From: Eledone cirrhosa
Lineage: Eukaryota
DNA: 64,000 nucleotides
Reading direction: 5' to 3'
Assembly (NCBI GenBank): GCA_964016885.1
Contig: OZ024741.1
Location: forward strand, 43,090,001-43,154,000
In this document: piece by piece, positions 14,313 to 27,199 of the stretch
How the letters are laid out: every line of letters starts with the position of its first letter
How positions within the stretch are numbered: the first letter of the stretch is position 1
The notes under the pieces: model-generated
What the model was told of the DNA's origin: nothing
The model's database searches: none
The model's input: only the letters and a program-made list of their open reading frames with translations
Program-made: the position numbers and the translations under genes

Positions 14313-14699
14313 TAATTATTATAGTATTTTCAATTGATTTCGCTTTGACAATGACAAGCGACATTCAACCTGATACTTAGGGCAGACACCGTTGGTTTTG
14401 ACAGTTATCGATAGCTTTGTTTGCTCACATTCTCTTAACCAGTCACATTAAAAAAAGGTTGATTGGTAAATAAGTTTAAAAGAAATAAATATATATAAAG
14501 GTAGTAAAAGATGAAAAGGGTATTAAGTATAAAAGATATGAATTAATTTTTCTTCAGGATTATTTCAATGGTAGTAAATATTAATTAAATTTTATCTAAA
14601 AATGAAAGAGAAAAGATTGTGTGTTGACATATATTATAAAGACAACAATTTACGAAGTATGTGGGCAGAATTTGTTATAACTATGTTTTGGATTTCATA

Positions 14700-16110
14700 G
14701 ATGCTAGATTTACCAGGTATGTTTTCAAGAAACTTTTGAGCACCTTTCTTTATAACACATAGAGCTCTTATCATTACTGGAATAGTTTGTGTCTTAAGGT
14801 GCCATTCCGTTTATCTCAATTCCTAGATTTTTGTATTTAGCACGTTTTTCATTAATATGCAGTCTCTGTGAATAGTAAAGTCCCAAAGGATTGTTGCTCC
14901 TTCAGTCTCAGTTGCTGGTTGTGGTTTGTCTTCATACAAGTCTTTTGTATGTTCTGGATTGTATTTTCTGCATATTATGCAATGGATATAAAGGTTCTGT
15001 TGACTATGTATGCTATGTTGACGTGCCTTCTTTTGTATTCATTTTCCTTGAGCAGGTCTGGAACATCCGCTTACTATGTTGCTAATAGTCTCTTCTTAAG
15101 CACCACACATCCTACCCAAATGCGAAGCACCAGTCCTATCAATATGTTTACGTGGCATAATTTGTCCTCAAGATATGCTCCTGTGCAACTCAGATTAAAT
15201 ATTTCGTTCCAACATATAAGCCACTATTTCTCATCCACTCCGATGTGTTAATTTCATCAGCACGATTATCCTTTTTTCGAGCATTCTATTCTCCCCTCAC
15301 TTATCGAGATTCTCCTGATTTGTTTTCTTTTTATACACCTCCTTTTTGATGTAGGTTTCATACTTTATAACCCGGATCTTTTCACATTAATCAAAAATAG
15401 TTCTACAGTATTTTTAACGTACCACTCTAAACTATTTTCTTCACTTTATACACAGTGTTTGCACCCAATCAAACCATATCCTCCTATATTTCTTGGTAGA
15501 TACAGTCTATCAATATAACTCCTCGAGTGTAATGCAGCACAAATAGTCAAAATCTTCCTTGTTTTTCTATGTAAAGCCCGCATTTATTCTTGTGTCCTGT
15601 TCAAAACCCCTGCCTCTCATCATTACTGCCAGAAGTTTATTTCTCTAATTCAATTTTGACTTTAATACTAGTTTCAATAGCCTGAAATATTCCGGCTCAA
15701 ACCTTTTCTTCATCTCCCCTTCATCAAATTTTAAAGCTCCCATTTATATCCTACTTTCACAACATTTATCCTGACGTGACAATCCATTAACACCCCCCAT
15801 CAGTCGCCATTAGCTTCCCCTTCCCCATTGTCAATACTCCACATGTCTTGATTCCAAATTGTCTTCCTATATCATTACTGAACACGTGTATTATGTTGAT
15901 TAATGAACGAATCTGATTTTGTTTATTTCCAAACAGCTTCAGATCATCCATATAGAGTAGATGATAGTCCTTTTACGCTCTTTCTATCCATTTCATAGTC
16001 CAAAACTGTCTTACACGACAAAAGAGTGCATGCTTACATACATAACACAAAGAGCAACGTTGAAAGACTGACACCTTGGTATATGCCTCTCTTGAATATG
16101 TTCGCTAAAA
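14700..16110 (-). pseudogene. Decayed R4/Dong-clade LINE RT/RLE
   Basis: Minus-strand translation gives RGIYQG.SLS, HLLYMDDLKLFG, RKTRKILTI..HSRSYIDRLYLPRNIGG, TIPVMIRAL. Confidence 0.75.
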
Positions 16111-16472
16111 TTTTCTGTTCACACATGTACAATAAATAGATTCAGCTTTGTTGTCACTGCAGACTATTTACCTTGACCAACTTTTTGAAATGCTTTTTTG
16201 GTCTGTACCCACTTTTCACCACTTCAACTGAAGAGGAAATAATTAATTTGAAATAATTAATTTGAAGTAAAAAGAAAATTAATGAAGGAATGATGAAATG
16301 TAATGGATGAAGGTATTAAGAAGAACCGTAAAGTTGATAATGATTATGATGATGATGATGATGATGACGATGGATATGGTGTTTATGATGATGGATATAT
16401 TGTATATGATGATGGGTATGTTGTATACGATATGGTAATTATCACAATTATTATCATTATTATGGCGGTCGT

Positions 16473-16890
16473 AAGGGCAGGGAATTGGCAGTATCGGTAG
16501 AGGGTTGGACGCCATGGTTTCTAGTATAGTTACGTCCCTTTACGGTCTGAGTTCAAATCCCGTCGATGATAACTTTGCTTTCATCCTTACGGGGTCGATA
16601 CAATAAAGTAGCAGTAATGCACTGGCATAATTGCTGGCCTTGTGCCAAAAGTAGAAACAATTATTATGGCGGTCGTTTAACACCATCGGTTGAATGTCAG
16701 ACAGCATATTTTGCAACACAGAGTTATGACCATTTACGTTCTGAGTTCAAATCCCGTCGAGGTTTGCTTTGCCTTTCATCCTTACGAGGTCAATAAAATA
16801 AAGCACCAGTAATGCATTGGAGTCGAATTAATCGACTTTCTTCTCTCTCCAAAAATTGCTGCCCGTGTGCCTATAGTAGAAAAAAGAAAT
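16473..16890 (+). mobile_element. Young SINE (16473-16659) nested in the head of an older related SINE
   Basis: Two B-box/core motifs; TSD attattatggcggtcgt at 16456-16472 and 16660-16676. Confidence 0.8.
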
Positions 16891-17898
16891 TTATTATGGT
16901 AATGATAATGAGGAAAACAATGACGATTATGATGATTTTGGTGTGATGAAGACGATAAAGGTGTGATGATGGCAATGTTAGTGGTGACTATGACTACGGC
17001 GTCAATAATGATGGTGATGAAGATCATGTTATCGACAACGACGATAATGATGGTGATATGTTTAACGATAGTGGATAAAGCAGATGTTCTTTTATTAGAA
17101 AACAATGGTGTGATATAATTAGCGGCTGGTTTTACGCATTAATCACCACAAACTTAATGGAAAGTATCAATGTATCGCTACAGGAAAGAAATAAGAAAGT
17201 GGCTGCGTGATATGAGTATTTTCCTTTTTTTTTTGTAAATAATGATAAATATTTCCACAGTGAGCATACAGTTGTTTGATCAACCGAATGTCCAACTCAT
17301 GAAATAGTGAGTACGCGGTTAGGTAGTCATTAGACACATACACACTTCAAACAAACTTCTAGATCGAATCAGCGTGTATAGAGTGAGAGGGCTAGATGAT
17401 TGATTTAGATGCACAATCCACCCGACGGACTTCCACACTGGTTCCTTCTACACAATTCCAATCACAATCGACTATGGTAAGGCAACGCAGCAAACATACT
17501 ATAAGGTCATATCGAATTCCGGACAGAATCATTGAGAAGCGAAATTCTTACCTCTCAACCATTCATGCGTGATTTAAGAAGGGAATGTCTTGTTGTTGTG
17601 CATGTTGCTTTCATGATAATGGGTGTGATATTAGGTCAAAGATTATAATGTCATCAATATAAAGAAATATGTTATTTTGACCAGTATTACGGGTCAGACT
17701 TGGTAATTAATAGATACGATAAAATTCCAACATTTAAGTTAAATGGTAGAGCCATTAAATACTGACTAAATGTAAATAAATAATTAAATAAATAAATATA
17801 TATATATAAATAATTCGTTTCTGAATTGTTATAAATTGAAGTGAAAGCACTGGTGCGTGTCTTTCTTATTGGCAACATGACCCTCCCAAAGTATAACA

Positions 17899-17943
<45 letters not shown>

Positions 17944-18426
17944 AGCTTACTTGAAGCATTGCGTAGTGAGGTATTAACGTTTGGATTTAAAAGGCCAGAA
18001 CAATGCAGGTATGGATATAGAATGTAAATACTAATGCAAAATATATCGCTGACAATTAGTCTTTTACCTTAACTTTATTTGAATATCCTTAAGTTTCGAG
18101 ATAATATCTCTTCTTCACAGGGAAGTAAAGGGGTTAATCCAGTGTTCTAATTAGCTTGCCAAGTCATGCTGGTAGGAAATAGTATAGAGATTCCAGTATA
18201 TTTCTAATGTCGAAGAGTGAAGGTAGGTGGATAAAGGGTTGTCTCCCTTAAAAAGGGTTTGGACATGTATGTCTAAGTGTGTGTGGGAGAATACGTGAAT
18301 GTGTATGCATGAGTGTGTGTGTGTGTGAGTGTGAGAGGATATGTTTATATGTAAATGTGGGGCTAGATGCTTACTTCACCTTACACTCCCTGGATGTATA
18401 TATATATATATATATAAAACTCATAA

Positions 18427-20426
18427 TCTCTATATATATGAAACGGAAGATGTTTGTGTGTGTGTATGATTTTTATGCTTTCTACATTTCTCTACCGATT
18501 TTGATAATTTTTTTCCAATGTGGTTCAAATTTACCAACGATGGTCAAGGCGTAATAAACTTTGCCAAAAATTTCCTGCTTCTATGAAAAGAAATCGATAA
18601 ACCTAAATATATGCTGTAACCCTCTCTCTTACACGTTTATTCACTCTCTTTACTACCCTCAACAATCTATGAAAGTACATACATGTTGCAACGATCTTTA
18701 AAAGGTTCATCCCTCCCTCTATCCTACTCTTAATCTCCTCTGCAACTCTCTTTAAAACGTTCATCCCTCCCTCTACTCCCCCCTCAATCTCCTCCGCAAC
18801 TCTCTTTAAAAGGTTACAGCCTCCGTCTACTACCCTATCACCATTACAATATACAACAGCGACACAATTTATTTTCAAGGAACGCGACACAAGCTTTGAA
18901 AACTAAGCGACACATAAATTTATACAATAACAAAAATAGTTTTACTCTCTCGGTTGCTCTTCCCTCTCTCTACAATAGATTATTCCCCCCTCTCTATAAT
19001 TTAACTGCTTTACTCTCTTCATGCTTCGAGGTTTAACACTAAAACAACAAATGTAATAATAACGACGCTTAAGCATTTATTTATTTGAATCTCAACAAAG
19101 ACATATTTTATTGTTGTCCTTTTTGTAATTTATTTTCTTTCTTTTTAGCAATATGAGACACAAAAATAATGAGAAAACTTTTTTCAGGAACGGCCGATTT
19201 CGATGATTTATTTTCCAGTGTGCTACAAAATATCGCCCCTGTTTATGCTCTTTTGTGCTATAACTCAGACGGGCTTGGCTTACAGGTTTGACCTACTATT
19301 TGACGTGAATTCTTCATACAACTTACTTAGTACTCACTTTCAACTTATTCACTGTTCAAAAGCCACTAGGGCCGACACTGCATTAAGTCAACTCCCCTGT
19401 GGCAGGAAGTGACAATTCTGACCCTCACAACAAACATGAAAGCCCAACTGCTCGGCGACCACTCATCAGCCGACTTCTCAAAAGACCTCGTAACAGTTGG
19501 TGACGGCACTGCACCTTCAGATGCAGCTGGAGAAATGGCAGTCTCGCAAGTAGGCACCGTTGTCGACACTGTTGACGACCTCACAGCCTCTGTCTTTCCC
19601 GATATGGCCATCAACTACAAAAACACGAGTTGGCTGTGCGATAGAGCCATATTGTCTCCAAAAAAATATCTCCGTTGCAAAAATAAATGAGGACCTTCTG
19701 CAAAGCATTCCTGGAAACCTCCGTACCTACAAATATGTGGACAAAGTTGTGGACAAAGATGAGGTTGACGATTTTCCCCCAGAATTCCTCAATTCATTGG
19801 ACCTCTCTGGACTGCCACCTGATGAACTGCTCGTCAAAGTTGGGACTCCAGTGATGCTGTTGAGGAACCTGGAACCACCGCGTCTCTGCAACGGAACACG
19901 GTTAGTGGTAAGAAGTCTCCTGCCGCATGTAATTGAAGTCACAATTCTCACGGGCTGCGGCGCTGGAGAAAACGTCTTCATACCCACAATACCATTAACT
20001 CCATCAGGTACGGAATGCCCCTGTACTCTGCGACAACTTCAGTTCCCCGTTAAACTTTGCTTCGCGATGTCAATCAACAAGTCACAAGGCCAAACGCTAT
20101 CAACGGCAGGCCTCCATTTAGCCCAGCCGTGCTTCTCACACAGCCAATTATACGTCGCATGCCGAAGAGTGGGATGCAAGCAAACTTATTCATACTTGCG
20201 CCCAAAGGCAGAACAAAAAATGTGGTCTACAGAGAGGTGTTGTGACTCCTCTATTCAGCACCACTTCAGTCCTGCCGGTCTGACATATGGTGAGTAGATG
20301 CTATTGTTGTATATTTTCAAACTTACCCGTATTTACTTTCTTTGCCTTAATAATCATAATTGAGTGGAATCATTAAATGTACTTTAAAGCAATTAAACTC
20401 CGAGCAACGCCGGGCACTTCTGCTAG
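18427..20426 (+). mobile_element. Non-autonomous Helitron
   Basis: 5' A|TCtctatatatatgaaacgg; 3' hairpin ccgagcaacgccggg then CTAG|T; internal helicase remnant. Confidence 0.8.
19365..20245 (+). pseudogene. Helitron PIF1-family helicase C-terminal fragment
   Basis: LTLTTNMKA, FPPEFLNSLDLSGLPPDELLVKVGTPVMLLRNL..LCNGTRL, QFPVKLCFAMSINKSQGQTL, FSHSQLYVA, TKNVVYREVL; frameshifted. Confidence 0.92.
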
Positions 20427-20615
20427 TATTATAATATAAAATTAATTCAATTTGTTTAGAACTACATGTGAAGTAATTCTTTTCTTTTTTATCATATATA
20501 TATATATATATAAAAAAGAGTGAAGATGAACATGGTTGACAGTACAAAACAAGGATAAATAGTTTTCACAGACTTTTGTCGGATTACCTTTAACGATTTA
20601 TTGTTATCCTACATA

Positions 20616-20689
<74 letters not shown>

Positions 20690-20694
<5 letters not shown>

Positions 20695-22747
20695 ATGGAG
20701 CTGCGGCGTTGCAAATGGGATACATATGAAAAAGTGAGTCCTTCATCAGTGACCCTCCAACCGTCCTGGGCATTTCATCGCTTTAAGGGCCATATGCCTC
20801 GGGTTGGTGCGAACAACGGCTAAAAAAAGTCGTTGGGACACGTAAATAAAGGGGGACGCCAGAGTAACAACAAAAAAGTTTTAGCAACGGAAAGTGAGTA
20901 GAAATAGACAAGTCCCAGATCTCTATGAATATAAACTCTGTGAAATCGTGAACAAGAGACAAAAGACCATCAAACCTGGTTGAAATGTGAGCAAGGAAAG
21001 AATTTCGCCCAAGTTTGACGGGGGGGGAAAAAGAGAGAGAGAAAAGGGAGAGCAGAGGAAGAAGAAGAAGAAGAAGAAGAAGAAGAAGAAGAAGAAGAAG
21101 AAGAAGAAGAAGAAGAAGAAGAAGAAGAAGAAGAAGAAGAAGAAGAAGAAGAAGAAGAAGAAGATAAAGGAGTCTGGTCTACGAATTCGGTAAACGCAAG
21201 TTTTGTGAAGTCGCAGACGAAAGAGAGAGAGAAAAAAATTCCATACCAGCTCGGTCAAGACCGCGCGAGAAAAGAATTACACACAGGTCAAACTTGAAGG
21301 AGGAGGAGGAAAGAGGAGGAGGAGAGGTAGTGACAGAGAATGAGTGAGTGAAAGTTGAGGAGGAGGCTAACAGAGAGAGAGAAACTGCTAGAAGGGGTAA
21401 AGATACAAACGAAACACGAAAGGCAGCATGGAAAAAATATGTGTAAATATGATAATAATGGAGCTGCGGCGTTGCAAATGGGATACATATGAAAAAGTGA
21501 GTCCTTCATCAGTGACCCTCCAACCGTCCTGGGCATTTCATCGCTTTAAGGGCCATATGCCTCGGGTTGGTGCGAACAACGGCTAAAAAAAGTCGTTGGG
21601 ACACGTAAATAAAGGGGGACACCAGAGTAACAACTAAAAAGTTTTAGCAACGGAAAGTGAGTAGAAATAGACAAGTCCCAGATCTCTATGAATATAAATT
21701 CTGTGAAATCGTGAACAAGAGACAAAAGACCATCAAACCTGGTTGAAATGTGAGCAAGGAAAGAATTTCGCCCAAGTTTGACGGGGGGGAAAAAAGAGAG
21801 AGAGAAAAGGGAGAGAAGGGGAAGAAGAAGAAGAAGAAGAAGAAGAAGAAGAAGAAGAAGAAGAAGAAGAAGAAGAAGAAGAAGAAGAAGAAGAAGATAA
21901 AGGGGTCTGGTCTACGAATTCGGTAAACGCAAGTTTTGTGAAGTCGCAGACGAAAGAGAGAGAGAAAAAAATTCCATACCAGCTCGGTCAAGACCGCGCG
22001 AGAAAAGAATTACACACAGGTCAAACTTGAAGGAGGAGGAGGAAAGAGGAGGAGGAGAGGTAGTGACAGAGAATGAGTGAGTGAACGTTGAGGAGGAGGC
22101 TAACAGAGAGAGAGAGACTGCTAGAAGGGGTAAAGATACAAACGAAACACGAAAGGCAGCATGGAAAAAATATATGTGTAAATATGATAATAATGGAGCT
22201 GCGGCGTTGCAAATGGGATACACATGAAAAAGTGAGTCCTTCATCAGTGACCCTCCAACCGTCCTGGGCATTTCATCGCTTTAAGGGCCATATGCCTCGG
22301 GTTGGTGCGAACAACGGCTAAAAAAAGTCGTTGGGACACGTAAATAAAGGGGGACGCCAGAGTAACAACAAAAAAGTTTTAGCAACGGAAAGTGAGTAGA
22401 AATAGACAAGTCCCAGATCTCTATGAACATAAACTCTGTGAAATCGTGAACAAGAGACAAAAGACCATCAAACCTGGTTGAAATGTGAGCAAGGAAAGAA
22501 TTTCGCCCAAGTTTGACGGGGGGGTGTTCACGATTTCACAGAGTTTATATTCATAGAGATCTGGGACTTGTCTATTTCTACTCACTTTCCGTTGCTAAAA
22601 CTTTTTTGTTGTTACTCTGGCATCCCCCTTTATTTACGTGTCCCAACGACTTTTTTTAGCCGTTGTTCGCACCAACCCGAGGCATATGGCCCTTAAAGCG
22701 ATGAAATGCCCAGGACGGTTGGAGTGTCACTGATGAAGGACTCACTT

Positions 22748-22753
<6 letters not shown>
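20690..22753 (-). mobile_element. Young non-coding tandem element (~2.4 units of 735-763 bp with internal (GAA)n) plus inverted segment 22525-22753
   Basis: ctgcggcgttgcaaat at 20701, 21464 and 22199; flanked by (TA)n; near-identical units. Confidence 0.9.
20739..20807 (-). ncRNA. Candidate permuted hammerhead-like RNA (copies 21502-21570 -, 22237-22305 -, 22672-22740 +)
   Basis: ccaacc-cga-ggcaTA-tggccct-taaagcgat-GAAA-tgcc-caggac-ggttgg-agggtca-CTGATGA-agga. Confidence 0.5.
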
Positions 22754-22807
<54 letters not shown>

Positions 22808-22918
22808 GATAAAAAAGAAAAGAATTACTTCACGTGTAGTTCTAAACGGCGCACGAGGTGATAAATTCATCTTTCTGTGTGAACGTTGGTACTAGGTGTT
22901 TGTCGCATTTAATCAGAT

Positions 22919-22998
22919 TCTCTCGCTGATGATGCCCACGAATATCTGTTACAAACACACTCAGGGCGAAACAGAATATCTCTAATCTGTCCGAGAGA
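22919..22998 (+). ncRNA. Type I hammerhead ribozyme, GUC cleavage triplet
   Basis: tctctcg-CTGATGA-tgccc..gggc-GAAA-caga..tctg-TC-cgagaga. Confidence 0.9.
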
Positions 22999-23138
22999 TA
23001 TAATTGTTATTGAGGCGGTTTGTATAATATAATTTTATTTTATTTTATCATTCTGTCTGCTTCATGGTTAAATATTTCAAAGAAATGTGGCCTTTCAACC
23101 CTCGTAATATTAGACACACGATTTACTGTCTTTCTTAC

Positions 23139-23242
<104 letters not shown>

Positions 23243-23546
23243 TATATATATATATATATTATATATATGAAATAAAAATGGCAGTCAACATAATAGTACC
23301 ACTGATGATATCACAGATGTGTGGCGAAAGGAATTTGATAGGCTATATATTTATATCTGTATTTATATCTATATTTTTAACCGTTGGTCAATCGATGATA
23401 AACATTGATTGCCAGATAAATGAACTATGGAGATATAAAAATACAGAAGCGAAAACCAATCCAAACCAAACAGCAGTGTGTTCTACTATTATTTCTGGCA
23501 ACATTATAACAATATGACCCTCCCCAAATATAACAATATATATAAC

Positions 23547-23609
<63 letters not shown>

Positions 23610-24952
23610 ATTTTCCTCTCTTTACGTTGCCTCACCATTCGTGTTTGTTTACCTGTCTCTATTTCTCCACCCAACTTAATTTAATTATTGCATTGCCCTA
23701 GACGGAGAAATACCTATGATGGCTAGTAGACCACTGATGATGGATAGTCCTGGCTTCTATTTCTAATTCTTCATGTATTATATATATCATATTGGCAACA
23801 CCACAGCTCACCATTTTTCATTCATACATTCTTTCCCTTTCGCTGTGACCTGTCTTTTTTCTCTTCCCTTACTGCTATCGTCTTTCTCTCTCCCCCCTTA
23901 TCTCTCCTTCTCCATCTTACTTTCACTCACCCCCTCATCTAGTCACCCTCTATCGGCTAGCCTCTTCCTCACACTTACACTCACTCACTCTCTGCTACTC
24001 ACCCTCTCTCTCCCTTCCTCCATCGTCCCACACCGTACGAAATTCTTTCCTCGCTCACATTCGCACGGCCAAGATGTGTATTTTGCCTTCTCGTCAATAT
24101 TCGCACGTTCTTATGTTCATAATGAATTATTGCCTTGATTTTCTCATTTTTTTCCTCTCTTTACGTTGCCTCACCATTCGTGTTTGTTTACCTGTCTCTC
24201 TTTCTCCACCCAACTCTTTTTATCCCAATAACTTAATTTAGTTATTGGATTGCCCTAGCCGGAGGTATACGGTCTGTAATGCGAAGACATACCTATGATG
24301 GCTAGTAGACCACTGATGACGGATAGTCTTGGCTTCTATTTCTAATTTTTCATTTATTATATATATCATATTTGCAACACCACAGCTCACCATTTCGCTG
24401 TGACCTGTTTTTTCTCTTCCCTTAGTGCTATCGTATTTCTCTCTCTCTCCACCTTCTCTCTCCTTCTCCCTCTTACCTTCACTCACCCCCTCTGCTAGTC
24501 ACCCTCTCTCGGCTAGCCTCTTCCTCACACTTTCACTCACTCACTCTCTGCTACTCACCCTCTCTCTAACTTCCTCCATCGTCGCACACCGTACGAAATT
24601 CTTTCCTCGCTCACATTCGCGCGGCCAAGATGTGTCTTTTTCCTTCTCGTCAATATTGGCCCGTTGCTAAGTTCAAAATGAATTATTGACTTGCTTTTCT
24701 TATTTTTTCCTCTTTTTACGTTGCCTCACCATTCGTGTTTGTTTACCTGTATCTCTTTCTCCACCCAACTCTTTTTATCCCAATAACTTAATTTAGTTAT
24801 TGGATTGCCCTAGCCGGAGGTATATGGTCTGTAATGCGAAGGTATACCTATGATGGCTAGTAGACCACTGATGACGGATAGTCTTGGCTTCCATTTCTAA
24901 TTTTTCATTTTAATATATATCATACTTGCAACAACACAGCTCGCCATTTTTC
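23610..24952 (+). mobile_element. Non-coding tandem element (~2.4 units of 555-579 bp), distant relative of the 20.7-22.75 kb family
   Basis: ccactgatga at 23731, 24310 and 24865. Shares cgaaattctttcc(t/tc)gctcacatt and atttgcaac.cc.cagctc blocks with the other family. Confidence 0.85.
24810..24878 (+). ncRNA. Homologue of the permuted hammerhead-like RNA (also 24255-24323; partly deleted at ~23697-23744)
   Basis: ctagcc-gg-aggtaTA-tggtctg-taatgcgaa-g(aa/ac/gt)a-tacct-atgat-ggctag-tagacca-CTGATGA-(c/t)gga. Confidence 0.45.
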
Positions 24953-24969
24953 GTATATATATATATATA

Positions 24970-25285
24970 TATATTATAAAGGAAACGGAAAATCAGTGAT
25001 GCATCTGGACTTAGTTTATTTCGTGTTACAAATGTTTTGCCGGCATGTAGCTCGAGTCATGGTCCTTATATGGATCTGGCTGATTCTACTTCTGCGGGTT
25101 CTTTCAGACACGGGTGTTACGTCCGGAGCAAATTTTATCACTGGAGTGTTATCATCAAAACATACCCTCAAAAAACCCTAATTCCACTCTTGTCATGCCA
25201 TTGGCTGTTTTTACTCCACCTCATCACAAGTTCTGGTCAGTATCTGCTGCCATACGGTTCATCAACCATTTTCCGTCCGACTGTG
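24970..25285 (-). repeat. Hammerhead-bearing dispersed repeat; second copy 40285-40610 (+)
   Basis: Near-identical reverse-complement match over ~310 bp. Confidence 0.85.
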
Positions 25286-27199
25286 CCTACACGAGGTCAT
25301 GGAGATAGTAAGACTGAAGGATGATGCCGTCAACCTGAAGTCTGAAATTATCATGACATGCAGACACCAGAGAAGATGCACATTTGCAACATGAAATCCG
25401 CCGGGTGACACAGGCAGGGGGCACGGGAATGAGAAGGCACAGACCCGATTGTCCTAGCGGGATTAGGGGACCTGACGACATGCCATGATGATGATGTATG
25501 ACACGTGGAGCAATCTTAGGTAAACCGGGTGCGCACGTGACCGGGCACACAACACGTGACCGGGCACGCAAGATACATCGCATGGGCCGGGGCCCACTGC
25601 CGCCCGGACCTGTGCATTAAACGTTTAGAACAGCACAACCAAGCCACGGTGCCATGCCCCATGGCGACCGTGGCGGGCGTCACATTGAATGTGTACACCG
25701 TCAATCATGACTATATACTCTACACCTGTTCCACCTTGGAACAGTAATTGTTAATATTGTTATATCATTGTTCTGTTTCTGTTACCTGGTCTATACACGG
25801 ACATAAGTTTGCATCTCATAATACCTGTGTGTAGTTTATCGCATGGACGCACGCACTTTCTCCTGTACATCCCCCCCATTTTTTATTTTTTATTTATTTT
25901 TTTTATTATACCGGTTCCTTTATTTTTCCGCTTCTTTTCTTGTACCAATTTATGCAGTTACATACAGATTTTAATGTACCCTAAAATATTATAAACTTAT
26001 TTATGTATTTTATTTGTTATCATATTGTGTTTATGTTCACGAGTTTGTATGTGTGGACATGTGTGTGGGATATGTGCGTGTGTGTGTGAGTAGATGCGTA
26101 TGTATGTATAGATCTATACGTGGGTCGCTATCGGTGTGTGTGTGTGGGCATGGGTGCGTGTGTGCACGAGCTTATACGCGCCTGTAGGTGCAGACGTGTG
26201 CATATATATACATATATGGCGGAATGTGGGCGTATGTGTGTGTGGGTGTGCGTATATATGTATATGTATGTCTATGTATGAGCATGTGTGTATATATATA
26301 TATATATATTAATTCGATTCTATAGAGCAGTTTGTTTTTGTTGTGAGAGATTACATCGTATTATATTCCGGAAGTGTGTGTGTGATTAAGGGGAGGTAAC
26401 TAGCTGATTTCTATAGCTAAATTTATTATCCTAAAGTGCATTAATGGTGTCTCAAATGAGTTCCCATCATATAAGGTTATAAACAATTTCTAAATTTAAG
26501 TATCTTATCTATAAATTACAGTGTAGTCTATCAAGAAGTACTAAAGTGTTCATATTAGGATGATTACCACCTATCATAGAGTGCCCCCACCGAACATTCC
26601 ACATGAAGAGTCAGATCTCCAAATCAATGATCTTTGTAAGTGTAGTCCACCCTCAGGACCTGGAAGGGTCTTATTAGAATCACTTCTATATATGACTCCT
26701 GGTAAGTTCTGGGTCATTACATGTCTGATTGCATGGCAAAGTTAAATATCACTAGAGTAGTCCAGAGATCAATTCTCACCTACAAAGACACTAATCTGAC
26801 CATCAAGTCATACATGTATTTATAACTCATACATCACCTGTACATAATTCATTGCACTCAGCATATAGATTATATAGCTCTTTTATGTTAATAAATAAAT
26901 TAATTAATTAATCTTCCATTTATCCAATTATGGCACTACATACACAGGACAATGTTAGCACAACCAATTGCGTGCTTAAAGTTTACATTGGTGTAATGTG
27001 GTCTAAGCAATTGAAGGCCAATATATCAAAAGTAGAAGTACATGGTGATATCCCCAAGGTAAAAGGTACTAGGAGGATGTCACTATTTGCGTTGAAGTGG
27101 ATTAATGGGTGTGGATATGAGGTGTAAGGTGTGCCCTTGATGATTGCTGCTAGAGGTGGTGATGGGTTCAAGTCTGACATTGTTATATATTGGGTTTAA

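Noticed and set aside
19560-20297. Host PIF1 helicase gene
   Set aside because: Intronless, frameshifted, and followed by a Helitron hairpin and CTAG end.
20739-20807. CTGATGA as a C/D snoRNA box or fluoride-riboswitch-like motif
   Set aside because: No matching terminal D box and stem, or riboswitch 5' consensus. The helices abut it in hammerhead register instead.
24313-24600. Canonical type I hammerhead using CTGATGA with the distant conserved cgaaattcttt
   Set aside because: No stem III/UH or stem I partner follows that GAAA, and stem II does not pair consistently in both families.
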